A stretch of DNA of 64,000 nucleotides from Candidatus Kerfeldbacteria bacterium (GCA_016193315.1 JACPSJ010000001.1:155981-219980), one strand, 5' to 3'; positions 9,685-19,979 are shown, numbered from the stretch's first letter. Numbers and translations are program-made. The notes: generated by a model from the letters alone, not told the origin.

Positions 9685-10818
9685 ATGTCGTTTTCCCCAT
9701 TACACCCCCATAAGCTACCAAAGCTTAGCCCAATTAGAATCACTAACGCCGAATACTGGCCCGAATTGATCCGTGCTCGCACATTGATTGCCGAGCTTCG
9801 GGGATTGAGTCTTACGCTCCCTAACCCCCTTCTGCTTATTTCTCCAGCAGTTATTCGAGAATCCATCGCTAGCTCTCAAATCGAAAATATTAATACTACA
9901 GTACAAGAAGTGTTACAGAGCCAACTGTTTCCTCTTGATGAGCAGCGATCTGTTGACAAAGAAGTTTTGCGGTACCGTGAAGCAGTTCTGTGGGGGTTCA
10001 AGCATAAGCGACTTCCCATCTCGACCCGTTTAATCCTTGGTATACATGAAAAGCTGATCCCAAGTGGGGGTGGACAATATCGAAAACAGCAAAACAAGAT
10101 CGAAGATAGCACCACACACGAAGTGCTTTATACACCGCCAATCGCTCCCGATGTCCCTATGCTGATGAGTGATTGGGAAAATACCGCCAATCAGCAGACG
10201 GAGGACCCCGATCCACTATTACGCTGTGCGATGCTTCATTATCAATTTGAGGCCATTCACCCCTTCCTTGATGGCAACGGTAGGACTGGGAGGATCTTGA
10301 TGGTCTTACAATTGGTCCGAGAGAAGCTGTTGCCCCTACCTACGCTTTTCGTTAGTGGGTACCTCGATCATCACCGCAGCGAATATTACAAACTTCTTCG
10401 CAACATTACCGCGCAAGGGGATTGGACACCGTATTTGCGATTCATGTTAGTTGCCTTTGCTGAACAGGCAGAGGAGACCCGTAATTTATTGTTAGCTATC
10501 CGGGGACTCTACTTTAGTACGAAACGAATTCTAAAGAAACGATTTAGCAGAATCTATTCTGTCGAGTTACTGGACGCTCTATTCTCAACGCCAATTATTT
10601 CTCCAGTGCGGCTTAGTGAAATCATCGGTACCCATTACGCTACTGCGAGTAAGTATCTGCAGCAACTTGCGAAGGCTGGATACTTAAGAGAGAGGTGGGT
10701 CGGGAAATACCATTTATACGCCAACACTCAATTGGTGAAAGTGTTTAGTATGCCACGTTTGGCGATCAGGCATGGTCGGGGTAAGAGTAATGCTGGACAA
10801 GATCGGAAGACGGCCTAA
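9685..10818 (+). CDS. Fic family protein
   Basis: HPFLDGNGRTGR motif and inhibitory SSQIENI motif. Confidence 0.95.
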   Translation: MSFSPLHPHKLPKLSPIRITNAEYWPELIRARTLIAELRGLSLTLPNPLLLISPAVIRESIASSQIENINTTVQEVLQSQLFPLDEQRSVDKEVLRYREAVLWGFKHKRLPISTRLILGIHEKLIPSGGGQYRKQQNKIEDSTTHEVLYTPPIAPDVPMLMSDWENTANQQTEDPDPLLRCAMLHYQFEAIHPFLDGNGRTGRILMVLQLVREKLLPLPTLFVSGYLDHHRSEYYKLLRNITAQGDWTPYLRFMLVAFAEQAEETRNLLLAIRGLYFSTKRILKKRFSRIYSVELLDALFSTPIISPVRLSEIIGTHYATASKYLQQLAKAGYLRERWVGKYHLYANTQLVKVFSMPRLAIRHGRGKSNAGQDRKTA

Positions 10819-11026
10819 ATGAGTTTAGCATTGTGAGACTCCTGGGCCCCATTTCTAGTATCATAGTTCTAACGTCGTCTACCAACCCCGACCCGACGAA
10901 CTATGATGCATGCCTGTCCGCCGTAGCGATGTGAAGGCGGCAATTATTAAACTCTGCTCGAACCTATTTTGAAATGATTTGCTTAGATAAAACGCTGTCG
11001 ACTCAAAAATCATTTCGAGAATATAT

Positions 11027-11494
11027 ATGAAAATGCGTATCGGTACAGATCACGCCATTATGAACTATTCTCGTATTACCCCGGGGACATACCTTGGTAC
11101 GAACGCCTGTTGCCAACGGCACTTTGACCTAAAGCTTTTGCACCGAGGGATCACTGCCGACATTTCCCTCGAAGCTGAGCGTATTGATGCCCCACGCGGA
11201 GTAGACTACTTTCTGTGGTTACCGACGCCAGATCATTCTTCGCCAACGCAAAATGATCTGGAGCTGGGAAGCCAGGCCATTGATTGGTTCATGCGCCATA
11301 AAGAAAAAGTTTATATTCACTGTAAAAATGGCCATGGCCGCAGCCCAACCTTACTTGCCGCTTACTTTATCCGCTACCAAGGAATGACGGTTCAGCAAGC
11401 AATGACTATTATCAAACATCGTCGGCCAGAGATCCATCTCGAAACAAGTCAGCTCCATGCCCTAGAGGTATTCGCCAGACATCACCTCCGCTAG
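11027..11494 (+). CDS. dual-specificity protein phosphatase
   Basis: HCKNGHGRS (CX5R) P-loop. Confidence 0.88.
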   Translation: MKMRIGTDHAIMNYSRITPGTYLGTNACCQRHFDLKLLHRGITADISLEAERIDAPRGVDYFLWLPTPDHSSPTQNDLELGSQAIDWFMRHKEKVYIHCKNGHGRSPTLLAAYFIRYQGMTVQQAMTIIKHRRPEIHLETSQLHALEVFARHHLR

Positions 11495-11525
11495 GGAGCT
11501 TTTTTAACCAGGGGCTTAGCCGCAC

Positions 11526-11573
11526 TTGACGGCTCTTTTTGCGCTTGATAGTATTTCAATACTTATGGAAATA
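11526..11573 (+). promoter_or_regulatory. sigma70 promoter with overlapping putative ArsR operator
   Basis: TTGACG-17-TAGTAT; imperfect palindrome TATTTCAATA-CT-TATGGAAATA at 11552-11573. Confidence 0.6.
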
Positions 11574-11589
11574 TTTAATCACTAGTACT

Positions 11590-11916
11590 ATGCTTGATCT
11601 CCATTCTCGCGAAGCTGAACGGATTCGCTCCACCCTCGCCAAAGATCACGTTGATGATAAAGCTCGGGCTTTTGATCTCCTGAGCGATCCGAGTAGGTAT
11701 CGTATCCTTAGGGCTTTATCGCTTCACCCGGAGCTGTGCGTTAGCGATCTGACCGAGCTGTTTGATATGACCATGCCGGCGGTCTCTCATCACCTGCGGT
11801 TGCTGAAAGACGCCAAGGCGGTCACCTGTTGGCGTCACGGCCAGATGATATGCTACTCGCTGGAAAAAACTCCACTCGCAAACTTCATTCGCCAAGCCCT
11901 CGACAAACCTTTGTAG
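11590..11916 (+). CDS. ArsR/SmtB transcriptional regulator
   Basis: LSDPSRYRIL, ELCVSDL, VSHHLRLLK. Confidence 0.92.
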   Translation: MLDLHSREAERIRSTLAKDHVDDKARAFDLLSDPSRYRILRALSLHPELCVSDLTELFDMTMPAVSHHLRLLKDAKAVTCWRHGQMICYSLEKTPLANFIRQALDKPL

Positions 11917-11920
11917 TTCC

Positions 11921-12250
11921 ATGAAAGCCAGAGTGACTATTTTTCGGTATACGGGGAAGCAGGGGTTTTTTACCGTTTCCGCCGAAGCGTGCGAAGAGTG
12001 CGACGCGACCATCCATCTCGCGAAATCGCTGATCGCTCAGCTTCCACCTGGTAACGTCAAGCTCACAACCCGGCCATGGTGGCTGTGCTTCTGGAAAGTG
12101 CTGTATCGCGGCGGCTGGCATCCGCCGATTGTCACGATTAATGGGCGGGTTTTCAGTCAAGGGGTTGTCCCTGATGCGAGTTGTTTCAAGCAAGCGTTAG
12201 CCCAAGTTATCAATGGCTATACGTTTACGCCCTGCACCCATGCCGTTTGA
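11921..12250 (+). CDS. thioredoxin-fold protein
   Basis: CEECD CXXC and PIVTINGRVFSQG. Confidence 0.7.
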   Translation: MKARVTIFRYTGKQGFFTVSAEACEECDATIHLAKSLIAQLPPGNVKLTTRPWWLCFWKVLYRGGWHPPIVTINGRVFSQGVVPDASCFKQALAQVINGYTFTPCTHAV

Positions 12251-12986
12251 TGTGACGCAGCCGAGCTTTTTTCTAGCCTTTGTCGGTGGGCTGATTGCAT
12301 TTCTCTCCCCTTGCTTCTTTCCGCTGATCCCGGCCTACATCAGCTATTTCGGAGGAACATCACTCAATCACCAAGCCGAGAAGCCGCTGGGTTGGGAAAA
12401 CCGCACTCTCGGTCACACCTTGCTCTTCATTGCCGGGTTTCTGATTATATTTACTGCGTTGGGAGCCAGTGTTGGGAGTGTCGGCCGAAGCTTACTCGTG
12501 CACCGGCAGATCTTCATGCAGCTGGGGGGAGTATTGTTTATCTTCTTCGGTCTGTTTATGCTCGGCGCATTTCAGCATTTTACGCGACTGGGTGGCGAGA
12601 TAAAATTTCACATCGGGCCGCACCAAACCAAATATCATGGCTTCAACGCTTTCTTGCTCGGCCTCACCTTTGCTTTTTCCTGGACGCCATGCATTGGGCC
12701 GGTGCTCGGAGCAATCCTCACGCTAGCCGCGACTTCAACGACTGCCGGAACCGGCGCCGTCTTGCTCTTCGTGTTCGGTCTCGGCATCGCCTTCCCGTTT
12801 CTGATCATCAGCCTGTTTTTGGATCGCCTGTCCGCCTGGTTGCGCCGATTCCGGCAGGTGACGATCTACGCCCAGCGTGCGGCCGGGACACTCTTGTTGC
12901 TCTTGGGAATCTTTATGATCCTGGGGAAATACGGCCAACTGACCGCCTGGATCTTGAACGTCACTAAATTTCAACCAGCGCTTTAA
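12240..12986 (+). CDS. ccdA: cytochrome c biogenesis protein CcdA
   Basis: FLSPCFFPLIP and WTPCIGPVLGAIL. Confidence 0.92.
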   Translation: MPFDVTQPSFFLAFVGGLIAFLSPCFFPLIPAYISYFGGTSLNHQAEKPLGWENRTLGHTLLFIAGFLIIFTALGASVGSVGRSLLVHRQIFMQLGGVLFIFFGLFMLGAFQHFTRLGGEIKFHIGPHQTKYHGFNAFLLGLTFAFSWTPCIGPVLGAILTLAATSTTAGTGAVLLFVFGLGIAFPFLIISLFLDRLSAWLRRFRQVTIYAQRAAGTLLLLLGIFMILGKYGQLTAWILNVTKFQPAL

Positions 12987-12996
12987 TTCGCACGCT

Positions 12997-13455
12997 ATGG
13001 CAAAACATCGCTCCCAATCAAAGACCGGTTACTGGATAACAGGCGTTGTCATTATCGGCGTATTGATTTGGGGACTGGCCAGCCTTGGCAGTCGTCAAGG
13101 TCAGAATCGCACGGATAATCAAAGCTCCGGAGCCGCCATGTACCTCAAACCCTCACCGGCGGTTACCGCCAACCTGGCAAATCCAGGCAAGCGAACCGTG
13201 CTGTGGTTCTCGGCCACCTGGTGTGAAATCTGTAAATCAATGAGTCCGTACGTCCAAGCTGTCGTGGAGCGGCACGTCGATCAGGTGGTGATTACCGAGC
13301 GGGATGTTGACCGTGAACCGGGGCTGGCCCGCCAGTATGCGGTCCGGGGCACGCCGACCTTTGTCCTGCTCGATGAAAACGGCCAGACCATTACAACGCG
13401 GGTCGGTTATCTGTCGGAAAGCCAGTTTGAGTCTTTCATCACCCAGGGAACGTGA
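12997..13455 (+). CDS. membrane-anchored thioredoxin
   Basis: WCEIC motif, VRGTPTF. Confidence 0.88.
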   Translation: MAKHRSQSKTGYWITGVVIIGVLIWGLASLGSRQGQNRTDNQSSGAAMYLKPSPAVTANLANPGKRTVLWFSATWCEICKSMSPYVQAVVERHVDQVVITERDVDREPGLARQYAVRGTPTFVLLDENGQTITTRVGYLSESQFESFITQGT

Positions 13456-14411
13456 CCTCCCGTCGGGTCACTTTCCTCGCCGTCATCATCATCGGCGCCG
13501 GCGCCGCGATCTGGGGAATACTATCTCAACAAAGAAACGTGTTCACGTACTCAAATACCAACACGAAAGCACTTATCCCGATCGAGGACATTGTCGAGGG
13601 TGGGCCGGGTAAGGACGGCATTCCGTCGATTGACACGCCGAAGTTCGTCGACGTCGCTGCTGCCGACCAGTCGGGGATCTATGCCGACGATGGTTTAGGT
13701 ATCAGCGTCGTGTCAGGGACAACTGCTCGGTTTTATCCCTTCCAAATTCTCGTTTGGCACGAAATTGTCAACGATACTGTCGGCGGCCGGCCGCTCGCGG
13801 TCACCTACTGCCCACTGTGCGGCACCGGCATCGTCTACGACCGAACGATCGACGGCCAGGCGGTCGAATTCGGCGTTTCCGGGAAGCTTTATCAATCCGA
13901 CCTACTGATGTACGACCGGAAGACAGAATCTCTGTGGGCGCAAATCGAGGGGCGGGCTGTAGTCGGGCCGCTCGTTGGTCGCCGATTGACATTGATCGAG
14001 GCTCAAAACATCACTTGGAAAGAGTTCAAGACGAAATATCCGAATGGCCAAGTGCTGTCAACGGATACCGGTTACACCCGAAACTATCAGAGTTCCCCAT
14101 ATGGGGGTTATGATACAAACGAGGAAATCTACTTTCCGATCAACAACCGTGACAACCGAATCGATCTAAAAACACGAGTCCTTGGCATTGAAATCAACGG
14201 GAAATTTAAGGCCTATCCGGTCGAGGACGTCCAGCGGCTCAAGAACGTGACTGATACGTTCGCCGGCCGGATGCTACGTCTCACCGCCGATGGCGAGGAA
14301 GTGACCATTTTGGATACGTCATCGCGCCAGGTGATCGTGCCTGTCCACTCATTCTGGTTTGCCTGGGCGACGTTTCATCCGGGGACGGAACTCTACCAGC
14401 CCAACAGATGA
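13452..14411 (+). CDS. DUF3179 family protein
   Basis: GGPGKDGIPSID, WHEIVND, TYCPLCG, FWFAWATFHP. Confidence 0.9.
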   Translation: MTSRRVTFLAVIIIGAGAAIWGILSQQRNVFTYSNTNTKALIPIEDIVEGGPGKDGIPSIDTPKFVDVAAADQSGIYADDGLGISVVSGTTARFYPFQILVWHEIVNDTVGGRPLAVTYCPLCGTGIVYDRTIDGQAVEFGVSGKLYQSDLLMYDRKTESLWAQIEGRAVVGPLVGRRLTLIEAQNITWKEFKTKYPNGQVLSTDTGYTRNYQSSPYGGYDTNEEIYFPINNRDNRIDLKTRVLGIEINGKFKAYPVEDVQRLKNVTDTFAGRMLRLTADGEEVTILDTSSRQVIVPVHSFWFAWATFHPGTELYQPNR

Positions 14412-14519
14412 ATTCTGGATCGGTATTCTTGACCAAAATCCCGGAACAGTACTAAGGTCATTCGGCTACAGAGTTCAGCCACAGAAGTACGGAACGATCA
14501 TTTCACAAAGGAGAGTTCA

Positions 14520-15152
14520 ATGAATGCTTCGAAGGAGCCGACCCAAGACCCGCGCCGTGTGCGCGAACCGTTAACCCCCGAAGAGGTGGGGAAGTTCGAG
14601 GGCTATGCCAGCGAGATCTTTCATCGGCTCGGTCTCGAACAGGGGCCAGGAACGGAGACAACCCCCCAGCGTTGGCTCAAGGCAATGGTCGACATGACCA
14701 GCGGATACGACGGTGACGAAAAAATCCGTACCGTCTTCCCGAACGAGTGCCCGGGTTGTCCGCCTGATCACTTGGCGCACATCGTCGAAGGGCCGATTCA
14801 CCTGATGAGCAGCTGCGAGCACCACATTGTGCCGATCATCGGGGAAGCTTACGTCGCCGCCCACAGCCTGATCGGCATCTCCAAGTTCGTCCGCCTGGTG
14901 CGCGTCTACGCGCGTCGCTTCACCAGCCAGGAGCGGATCACCCAGCAAGTCGCCGGGGATCTGATGAAGCTCATCAATCCCCAGGGCACGGCCGTGCTGA
15001 TCAAAGCGCATCACCTGTGCTCGATTGCTCGCGGGGTCCGTGAGGTCACCTCGGCCACGACCACCATGGCCTTCCGCGGCGTCTACTTGACGGATCTCCA
15101 CCGCCGTGACGAATTCACGCAGCTGGTCGCGCACCGTATGGGTAATTACTAG
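14520..15152 (+). CDS. folE: GTP cyclohydrolase I
   Basis: SSCEHHIVP, GISKFVR, QERIT, HLCSIARGV. Confidence 0.9.
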   Translation: MNASKEPTQDPRRVREPLTPEEVGKFEGYASEIFHRLGLEQGPGTETTPQRWLKAMVDMTSGYDGDEKIRTVFPNECPGCPPDHLAHIVEGPIHLMSSCEHHIVPIIGEAYVAAHSLIGISKFVRLVRVYARRFTSQERITQQVAGDLMKLINPQGTAVLIKAHHLCSIARGVREVTSATTTMAFRGVYLTDLHRRDEFTQLVAHRMGNY

Positions 15153-15160
15153 GAGGACGC

Positions 15161-16003
15161 ATGGACCCGCTCAAGACCTTAGTCGATAACCAAACCCGGG
15201 CCGATCCGGCGTGGCTACCCGAGGAGCTCCGTCGGCTGTATGATGGTGATCTCGTCTTCACCCGGCGGACCGATCGCCCGACGGTCGTGGCGAACTTTGT
15301 CTCGTCGCTTGATGGCGTCGTCTCGCTGAATATTCCCGGCCGTTCCGGCGGCGGAGAAATCAGCGGCCACGATTCCGGGGATCGGCTGATCATGGGGTTG
15401 TTGCGAACCGTCGCTGACGCGGTCGTAGTCGGCGCCGGAACGCTCCACGGCGATCCCGGGCACGTCCGAATTTCACGGTACATCGCTCCCGAGCTCGAGA
15501 CACTGCTCTCACGCTGGCGTCAAGATCGCGGACTGCCATCGCTTCCTCTGAACGTCATCGTCAGCGCCAGCGGCCGAGTCGACCTGAACGAACCGACGTT
15601 TCACACGCCCGATTTGCCAACGGTCATCATGACGACATTGACTGGGCAGCAGCGCCTGATCCGTGATCACGGTCAGGGCGTGTCCGCCACTCAGGTTCGG
15701 GTAGCGGGCGACGAAGCCCTGCTCCAGCCGCACGATATCCTGAACGCGCTCCATTCGGAATTCGGCGTTCAACTGCTGCTCCACGAAGGGGGCCCGACGC
15801 TGTTCGGCCAGTTCCTCAAGGAGCGGCTGATCGACGAGCTGTTCCTGACTATCGCGCCGCAAATCGTGGGGCGATCCAGGGACACCCGGCGGCTGGGCTT
15901 GGTGGAAGGGGCAGCTTTGGCCCCAGAGACGAATAGCTGGTGGGGTGTCCTCAGCGAAAAGGCCGCCGGAAGCTATCGCTACTTTCGTTTGGTGACCCCA
16001 TGA
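15161..16003 (+). CDS. RibD C-terminal / dihydrofolate reductase-fold protein
   Basis: NFVSSLDG, DAVVVGAGT, HEGGPTLFG, IDELFLTIAP. Confidence 0.85.
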   Translation: MDPLKTLVDNQTRADPAWLPEELRRLYDGDLVFTRRTDRPTVVANFVSSLDGVVSLNIPGRSGGGEISGHDSGDRLIMGLLRTVADAVVVGAGTLHGDPGHVRISRYIAPELETLLSRWRQDRGLPSLPLNVIVSASGRVDLNEPTFHTPDLPTVIMTTLTGQQRLIRDHGQGVSATQVRVAGDEALLQPHDILNALHSEFGVQLLLHEGGPTLFGQFLKERLIDELFLTIAPQIVGRSRDTRRLGLVEGAALAPETNSWWGVLSEKAAGSYRYFRLVTP

Positions 16004-16194
16004 AATTGTTTCTTCCACGGTGTCGAATCCGACCCGTTTCCCCCGCTCTGTTTAGGGCGGGGTTTTCTTTTCCTCCTCCCGTTCGAATCGGCGGCCCGTT
16101 CCTCCGAACTATTGACTCCTTGCGGGCTGTCTGTCAAGATTCGCGGGGAATTCCAGATACGCTGCTTAAACACTCATCGCTCAGGAGGCAGTCT

Positions 16195-16923
16195 ATGGCG
16201 GGTGCAAAGGGCCTGGAGATACACCGCGATCGCGTGATGATCGTGACGGGTGGAACCGGCGGACTCGGTCAAGCCGTCACCCGCAAGCTTTTGGACGGTG
16301 GCGCGACCGTAATCGCAACGTATCTCAACCAAGACGAAGCCGATCGGCTGGCCGCATCCACGTCTAGCGACCAGCGTCAGCGGTTAAACCTCACGTTGGT
16401 GGACGTCACCAATCCGTCGTCGGTCAACGCGTTGGTGGCTCACGTCCTCGAGTCGCATGGCCGGATCGATGGTCTCGTCAACGTCGTCGGCGGCTACCAG
16501 TACCGACCCTTCCTCGAAATCTCACCGGCCGACTGGCAACGGCAGCTCCAGCTGAATCTCGACACGACCTTCCTCGTCACCCGGGCGGTCCTCAAGCCGA
16601 TGGTGGAGGCGGGCTACGGCCGGATCGTCAGCGTCGGATCGCAGAGCGCGATGGCAGCCGCTCCCTTCGCCGCCCATTACAATGCGGCCAAGGCCGCCGT
16701 GGCAAGCCTGATGGCCACCCTGAGTCACGAATTCGGTCCAAATATCACAGCCAATACCGTTCTACCCGGCACGATTGATACGCTGGCGAATCGTCAGGCC
16801 ATGCCCGAGGCTGACACGAGTCAGTGGGTATCGCCCGAGACCATCGCGCACATGATTTCGCGGCTGTTGGAAGCCAGCAACGTAACCTCTGGACAACATA
16901 TCCCGGTCACGCGCAACCGTTAG
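16195..16923 (+). CDS. SDR family oxidoreductase
   Basis: TGGTGGLG and YNAAK motifs; AGGAGG RBS before ATG 16195. Confidence 0.9.
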   Translation: MAGAKGLEIHRDRVMIVTGGTGGLGQAVTRKLLDGGATVIATYLNQDEADRLAASTSSDQRQRLNLTLVDVTNPSSVNALVAHVLESHGRIDGLVNVVGGYQYRPFLEISPADWQRQLQLNLDTTFLVTRAVLKPMVEAGYGRIVSVGSQSAMAAAPFAAHYNAAKAAVASLMATLSHEFGPNITANTVLPGTIDTLANRQAMPEADTSQWVSPETIAHMISRLLEASNVTSGQHIPVTRNR

Positions 16924-17113
16924 CTACGCCCCCGTCCGACCAGACGGGGTTTTCTTTTCTTTGACGCTCGGCATGCGATCTGCCGGGTGCTTGATCAGTT
17001 CAGGCAACTGTTTCGTAGCCCGGGTCGGCGAGTAGAAGTTTTCCACACCGGGACGCTTGACAGCAATACGGAACGTATGTAATATATAAACATATCTACA
17101 TATATTGATTTAT

Positions 17114-17443
17114 ATGCTACTCACCAAGCCGAAAGAGGCTACCGCATTGCGGCGGACCCTGGAAACTCTCCAAACCGACGGACCGAGCCGTGTATTTGCC
17201 GCGCTCGGTGACCCGATTCGCTTGCGGATGACCGTTTTGCTCAGTCTCAAACCCGACATTTGCGTGACCGACTTGACGGAACTTCTCGGTATTTCGCAGC
17301 CACTCGTGTCGCACCACCTGCGGATTTTGCGGGAAGCGGGTGTGGTCGTAGTCGAACGAATGGGCCAAATGCAGTGCCCGCGCCTGGCGAACGAACAGAT
17401 CAAGCGGATGGTTATGAAGTTTATTATGTCCGAAAGGGGGTGA
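17114..17443 (+). CDS. ArsR/SmtB transcriptional regulator
   Basis: ALGDPIRL, DICVTDL, SQPLVSHHLRILR; promoter TTGACA-17-TAATAT at 17057-17085. Confidence 0.92.
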   Translation: MLLTKPKEATALRRTLETLQTDGPSRVFAALGDPIRLRMTVLLSLKPDICVTDLTELLGISQPLVSHHLRILREAGVVVVERMGQMQCPRLANEQIKRMVMKFIMSERG

Positions 17444-17448
17444 GCAAC

Positions 17449-17592
17449 ATGCCGCAATGTCCAGTCTGTAACGATGATGTGGATAATGTTGATGAGCATT
17501 CCATGAAACGTGCCGATGAAGGTGATCAGCCGCATAAGGAAGCGGTCGAGAAAATGGAAAAAATGAAGGGCCACGAAGGTCACAACCACTAA
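17449..17592 (+). CDS. small putative metal-binding protein
   Basis: MPQCPVC..H and His-rich tail GHEGHNH; 47 aa; RBS-like AAGGGGGTG. Confidence 0.55.
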   Translation: MPQCPVCNDDVDNVDEHSMKRADEGDQPHKEAVEKMEKMKGHEGHNH

Positions 17593-17660
17593 GTTCGGGG
17601 AGTAGCGGCGAATGTTCATTCGCCGACTCTCCCTGATCTGAGTAAACTCGTATCACACCT

Positions 17661-18158
17661 ATGGATCTCAAAACCTTTCGTTCAGAAAAAGACCAATTCT
17701 TCCGATCGCCCGACTCTCCGTTGCAACCTGTCCAGCGATCTTCTTTTACCGGATTATTATATTTTCCCGAAAATTCCAAGCTGCGGTTTCGATTGAAACT
17801 CAAGGAAAACGTGGCGCATGATTTTGTCATGATGCAGACCAGCACTGGCAGCCAGCGTCGTTATGTTCGGGCCGGAAAGATAGTCTTCGCCGTCAACGGG
17901 CAAGCAACGGAACTCTCCATCTTCAAGGATGAGCATGGTTACTTCCTGCCGTTTCGGGACGCGACGGGCGAAATGGAGACGTATCCTGCCGGGCGCTATC
18001 TCGAACCGGAGGTTGGGCCGGACGGATTGCTCGTGGTCGACTTCAATCAAGCATACAACCCATACTGTGCGTACAACGAGCAGTACTCCTGCCCGGTCCC
18101 GCCGCCAGAGAACCAGATTGCGGCGCGAATTGAAGCCGGAGAGAAACGATTTCACTAA
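17661..18158 (+). CDS. DUF1684 family protein
   Basis: ETYPAGRYL, DFNQAYNPYCAYN..SCP. Confidence 0.92.
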   Translation: MDLKTFRSEKDQFFRSPDSPLQPVQRSSFTGLLYFPENSKLRFRLKLKENVAHDFVMMQTSTGSQRRYVRAGKIVFAVNGQATELSIFKDEHGYFLPFRDATGEMETYPAGRYLEPEVGPDGLLVVDFNQAYNPYCAYNEQYSCPVPPPENQIAARIEAGEKRFH

Positions 18159-18162
18159 AAAG

Positions 18163-18576
18163 ATGACCGTGCCAATTTTTCATCCGTCTGCCAAAAATCT
18201 ATTGACGAGAATGACGCCAATCCTTGGGGCCGGCGCGGTCGGCGCCTGCCCGCTATGCTGGATCGGTTCAGCTTCGTTCCTAACGTATATTGGGCTGGGC
18301 GCAGTTATTCCGATATGGCGATGGATCGTCTTGACCATGTTGGGCTTGAGTATTGTTGGTTTTGCGCTGGATTACCGTTCGCATCAAACAATGTATCCAC
18401 TCATCCTGCTGGTCCTTGGCGGCACGCTTCTCTATCTTGGTCGATACACTTTTGGCGGGGCCGGCTTCACCGGATGGCAAATCTGGGTGCCAGGTGCGAT
18501 TTTCGTCATCATCGCGGTTGTCTATAATAAACGTCAATTTTCTAAACCATCACATTACCCCCATGCCCACATTTGA
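18163..18576 (+). CDS. MerC/MerT-like membrane protein
   Basis: ACPLCW in first TM, four TMs. Confidence 0.6.
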   Translation: MTVPIFHPSAKNLLTRMTPILGAGAVGACPLCWIGSASFLTYIGLGAVIPIWRWIVLTMLGLSIVGFALDYRSHQTMYPLILLVLGGTLLYLGRYTFGGAGFTGWQIWVPGAIFVIIAVVYNKRQFSKPSHYPHAHI

Positions 18577-19963
18577 TCTGATCGTCATCGGCGGCGGCTC
18601 AGCCGGGTTTGTCAGCGCCATCAAAGCTCGTTCCTTCGGCCTGAACGTTGCCCTTGTAGAAAAACACAAGCTTGGCGGCGAATGCCCGAACTACGCCTGC
18701 TTGCCATCCAAAGCATTGCTCCGCGCGGCCGAGATCTTATCACTGGCCGAACGGGCCGAGGAATTCGGTCTGACGATGAGCGGCGTCAGTGCATCACTAC
18801 CGGCGATGATGGCGATGAAGGACACCATCGTCAATAAGCTGACTGGCTCGCCGCGACTGGAACGGATGTTGGAGCGCCATGACATCAATCTGATCCGCGG
18901 AGAAGCTTTGTTTGTCGACCCGTACACTATTCAGGTCGGCCACAAACATTATTCAGCCAAGCAGTTCGTGCTGGCCAACGGTTCCGACCCGTTGATCCCG
19001 CCCGTTCCTGGTCTCAAGGAGGCCGGTTTCCTCACCAGCATTGACGCCAGTATGCTTCAGCACCAGCCGCCACGGATCGCTATTATTGGGGGCGGTGCAG
19101 TCGGGAGTGAATACGCACAGTTATTTATCCGGTTGCATTCGGAAGTTTGGTTGATTCAAAAAGGCGAACGTATCCTCGACCGTGAAGACCAGGAAACCTC
19201 AGCCGCCATTACCGAATCTTTCAAAAAACAGGGCGTGAACATTCTCACCAACGCCGAAGTGCTGACGGTCAAGAAAGATCAGACAAGCAAGCTCTTAACG
19301 ATTAGACGCGGCGCTGATGAACAATCCATTGCCGTCGATGAAATCTTGGTTGTGCCAGGACGCCAGCCGGATATCTCAGGCCTGCATCTGGAGAAAACTG
19401 GTGTTAGCTTGGATGAACGTGGCAAACTTGTTCTCAACGACTACCTTCAGACATCCCAACCGCACATCTGGGCGGCTGGGGACGTAGCTGGCCGAATGCT
19501 CTTTACCCACGTGGCCGCCTACGAAGGCGATATTGTCGGCTGGAATCTCACCCATCCCGATCAGCTCAAGAAACCCGACTATCGGGTCGTGCCCCGCGCC
19601 ACCTTTACTTCCCCAGAGATCGGAAGTGTCGGGCTGACAGAGGAACAAGCTCGGTTAGCAGGATATGACGTTGTCGCTTCATCCTATCCACTTAGAGTGA
19701 TGGGCCGAGGCATGACGGTCCATGAGACCGACGGCTTCATTAAACTCGTCGTTGACGCCAAGACTGAACAGATCCTCGGCGGACATATGGCTGGCAGCCA
19801 GGCCGGAGAAGTTATTCACGAAATCGCCTTAGCCATGCACGCCCGCGTGCCGATCACGACCCTGGCCACTATGATTCACGCCTTTCCGACCATGGCCGAG
19901 GCCGTCAGTTTCGTCAGCGAGCGCTTAGTTTCTCAGCGCGACAAGATTCGCGGAGCTGTCTAA
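18563..19963 (+). CDS. class I pyridine nucleotide-disulfide oxidoreductase (Lpd/MerA-like)
   Basis: GGGSAG, GGECPNYACLPSK, HAFPTMAE; lacks the MerA C-terminal Cys pair. Confidence 0.88.
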   Translation: MPTFDLIVIGGGSAGFVSAIKARSFGLNVALVEKHKLGGECPNYACLPSKALLRAAEILSLAERAEEFGLTMSGVSASLPAMMAMKDTIVNKLTGSPRLERMLERHDINLIRGEALFVDPYTIQVGHKHYSAKQFVLANGSDPLIPPVPGLKEAGFLTSIDASMLQHQPPRIAIIGGGAVGSEYAQLFIRLHSEVWLIQKGERILDREDQETSAAITESFKKQGVNILTNAEVLTVKKDQTSKLLTIRRGADEQSIAVDEILVVPGRQPDISGLHLEKTGVSLDERGKLVLNDYLQTSQPHIWAAGDVAGRMLFTHVAAYEGDIVGWNLTHPDQLKKPDYRVVPRATFTSPEIGSVGLTEEQARLAGYDVVASSYPLRVMGRGMTVHETDGFIKLVVDAKTEQILGGHMAGSQAGEVIHEIALAMHARVPITTLATMIHAFPTMAEAVSFVSERLVSQRDKIRGAV

Positions 19964-19979
19964 AAATCCAGACTTTCCA

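Noticed and set aside
18563-19963. merA gene symbol
   Set aside because: No C-terminal Cys-Cys and no N-terminal metal-binding domain.
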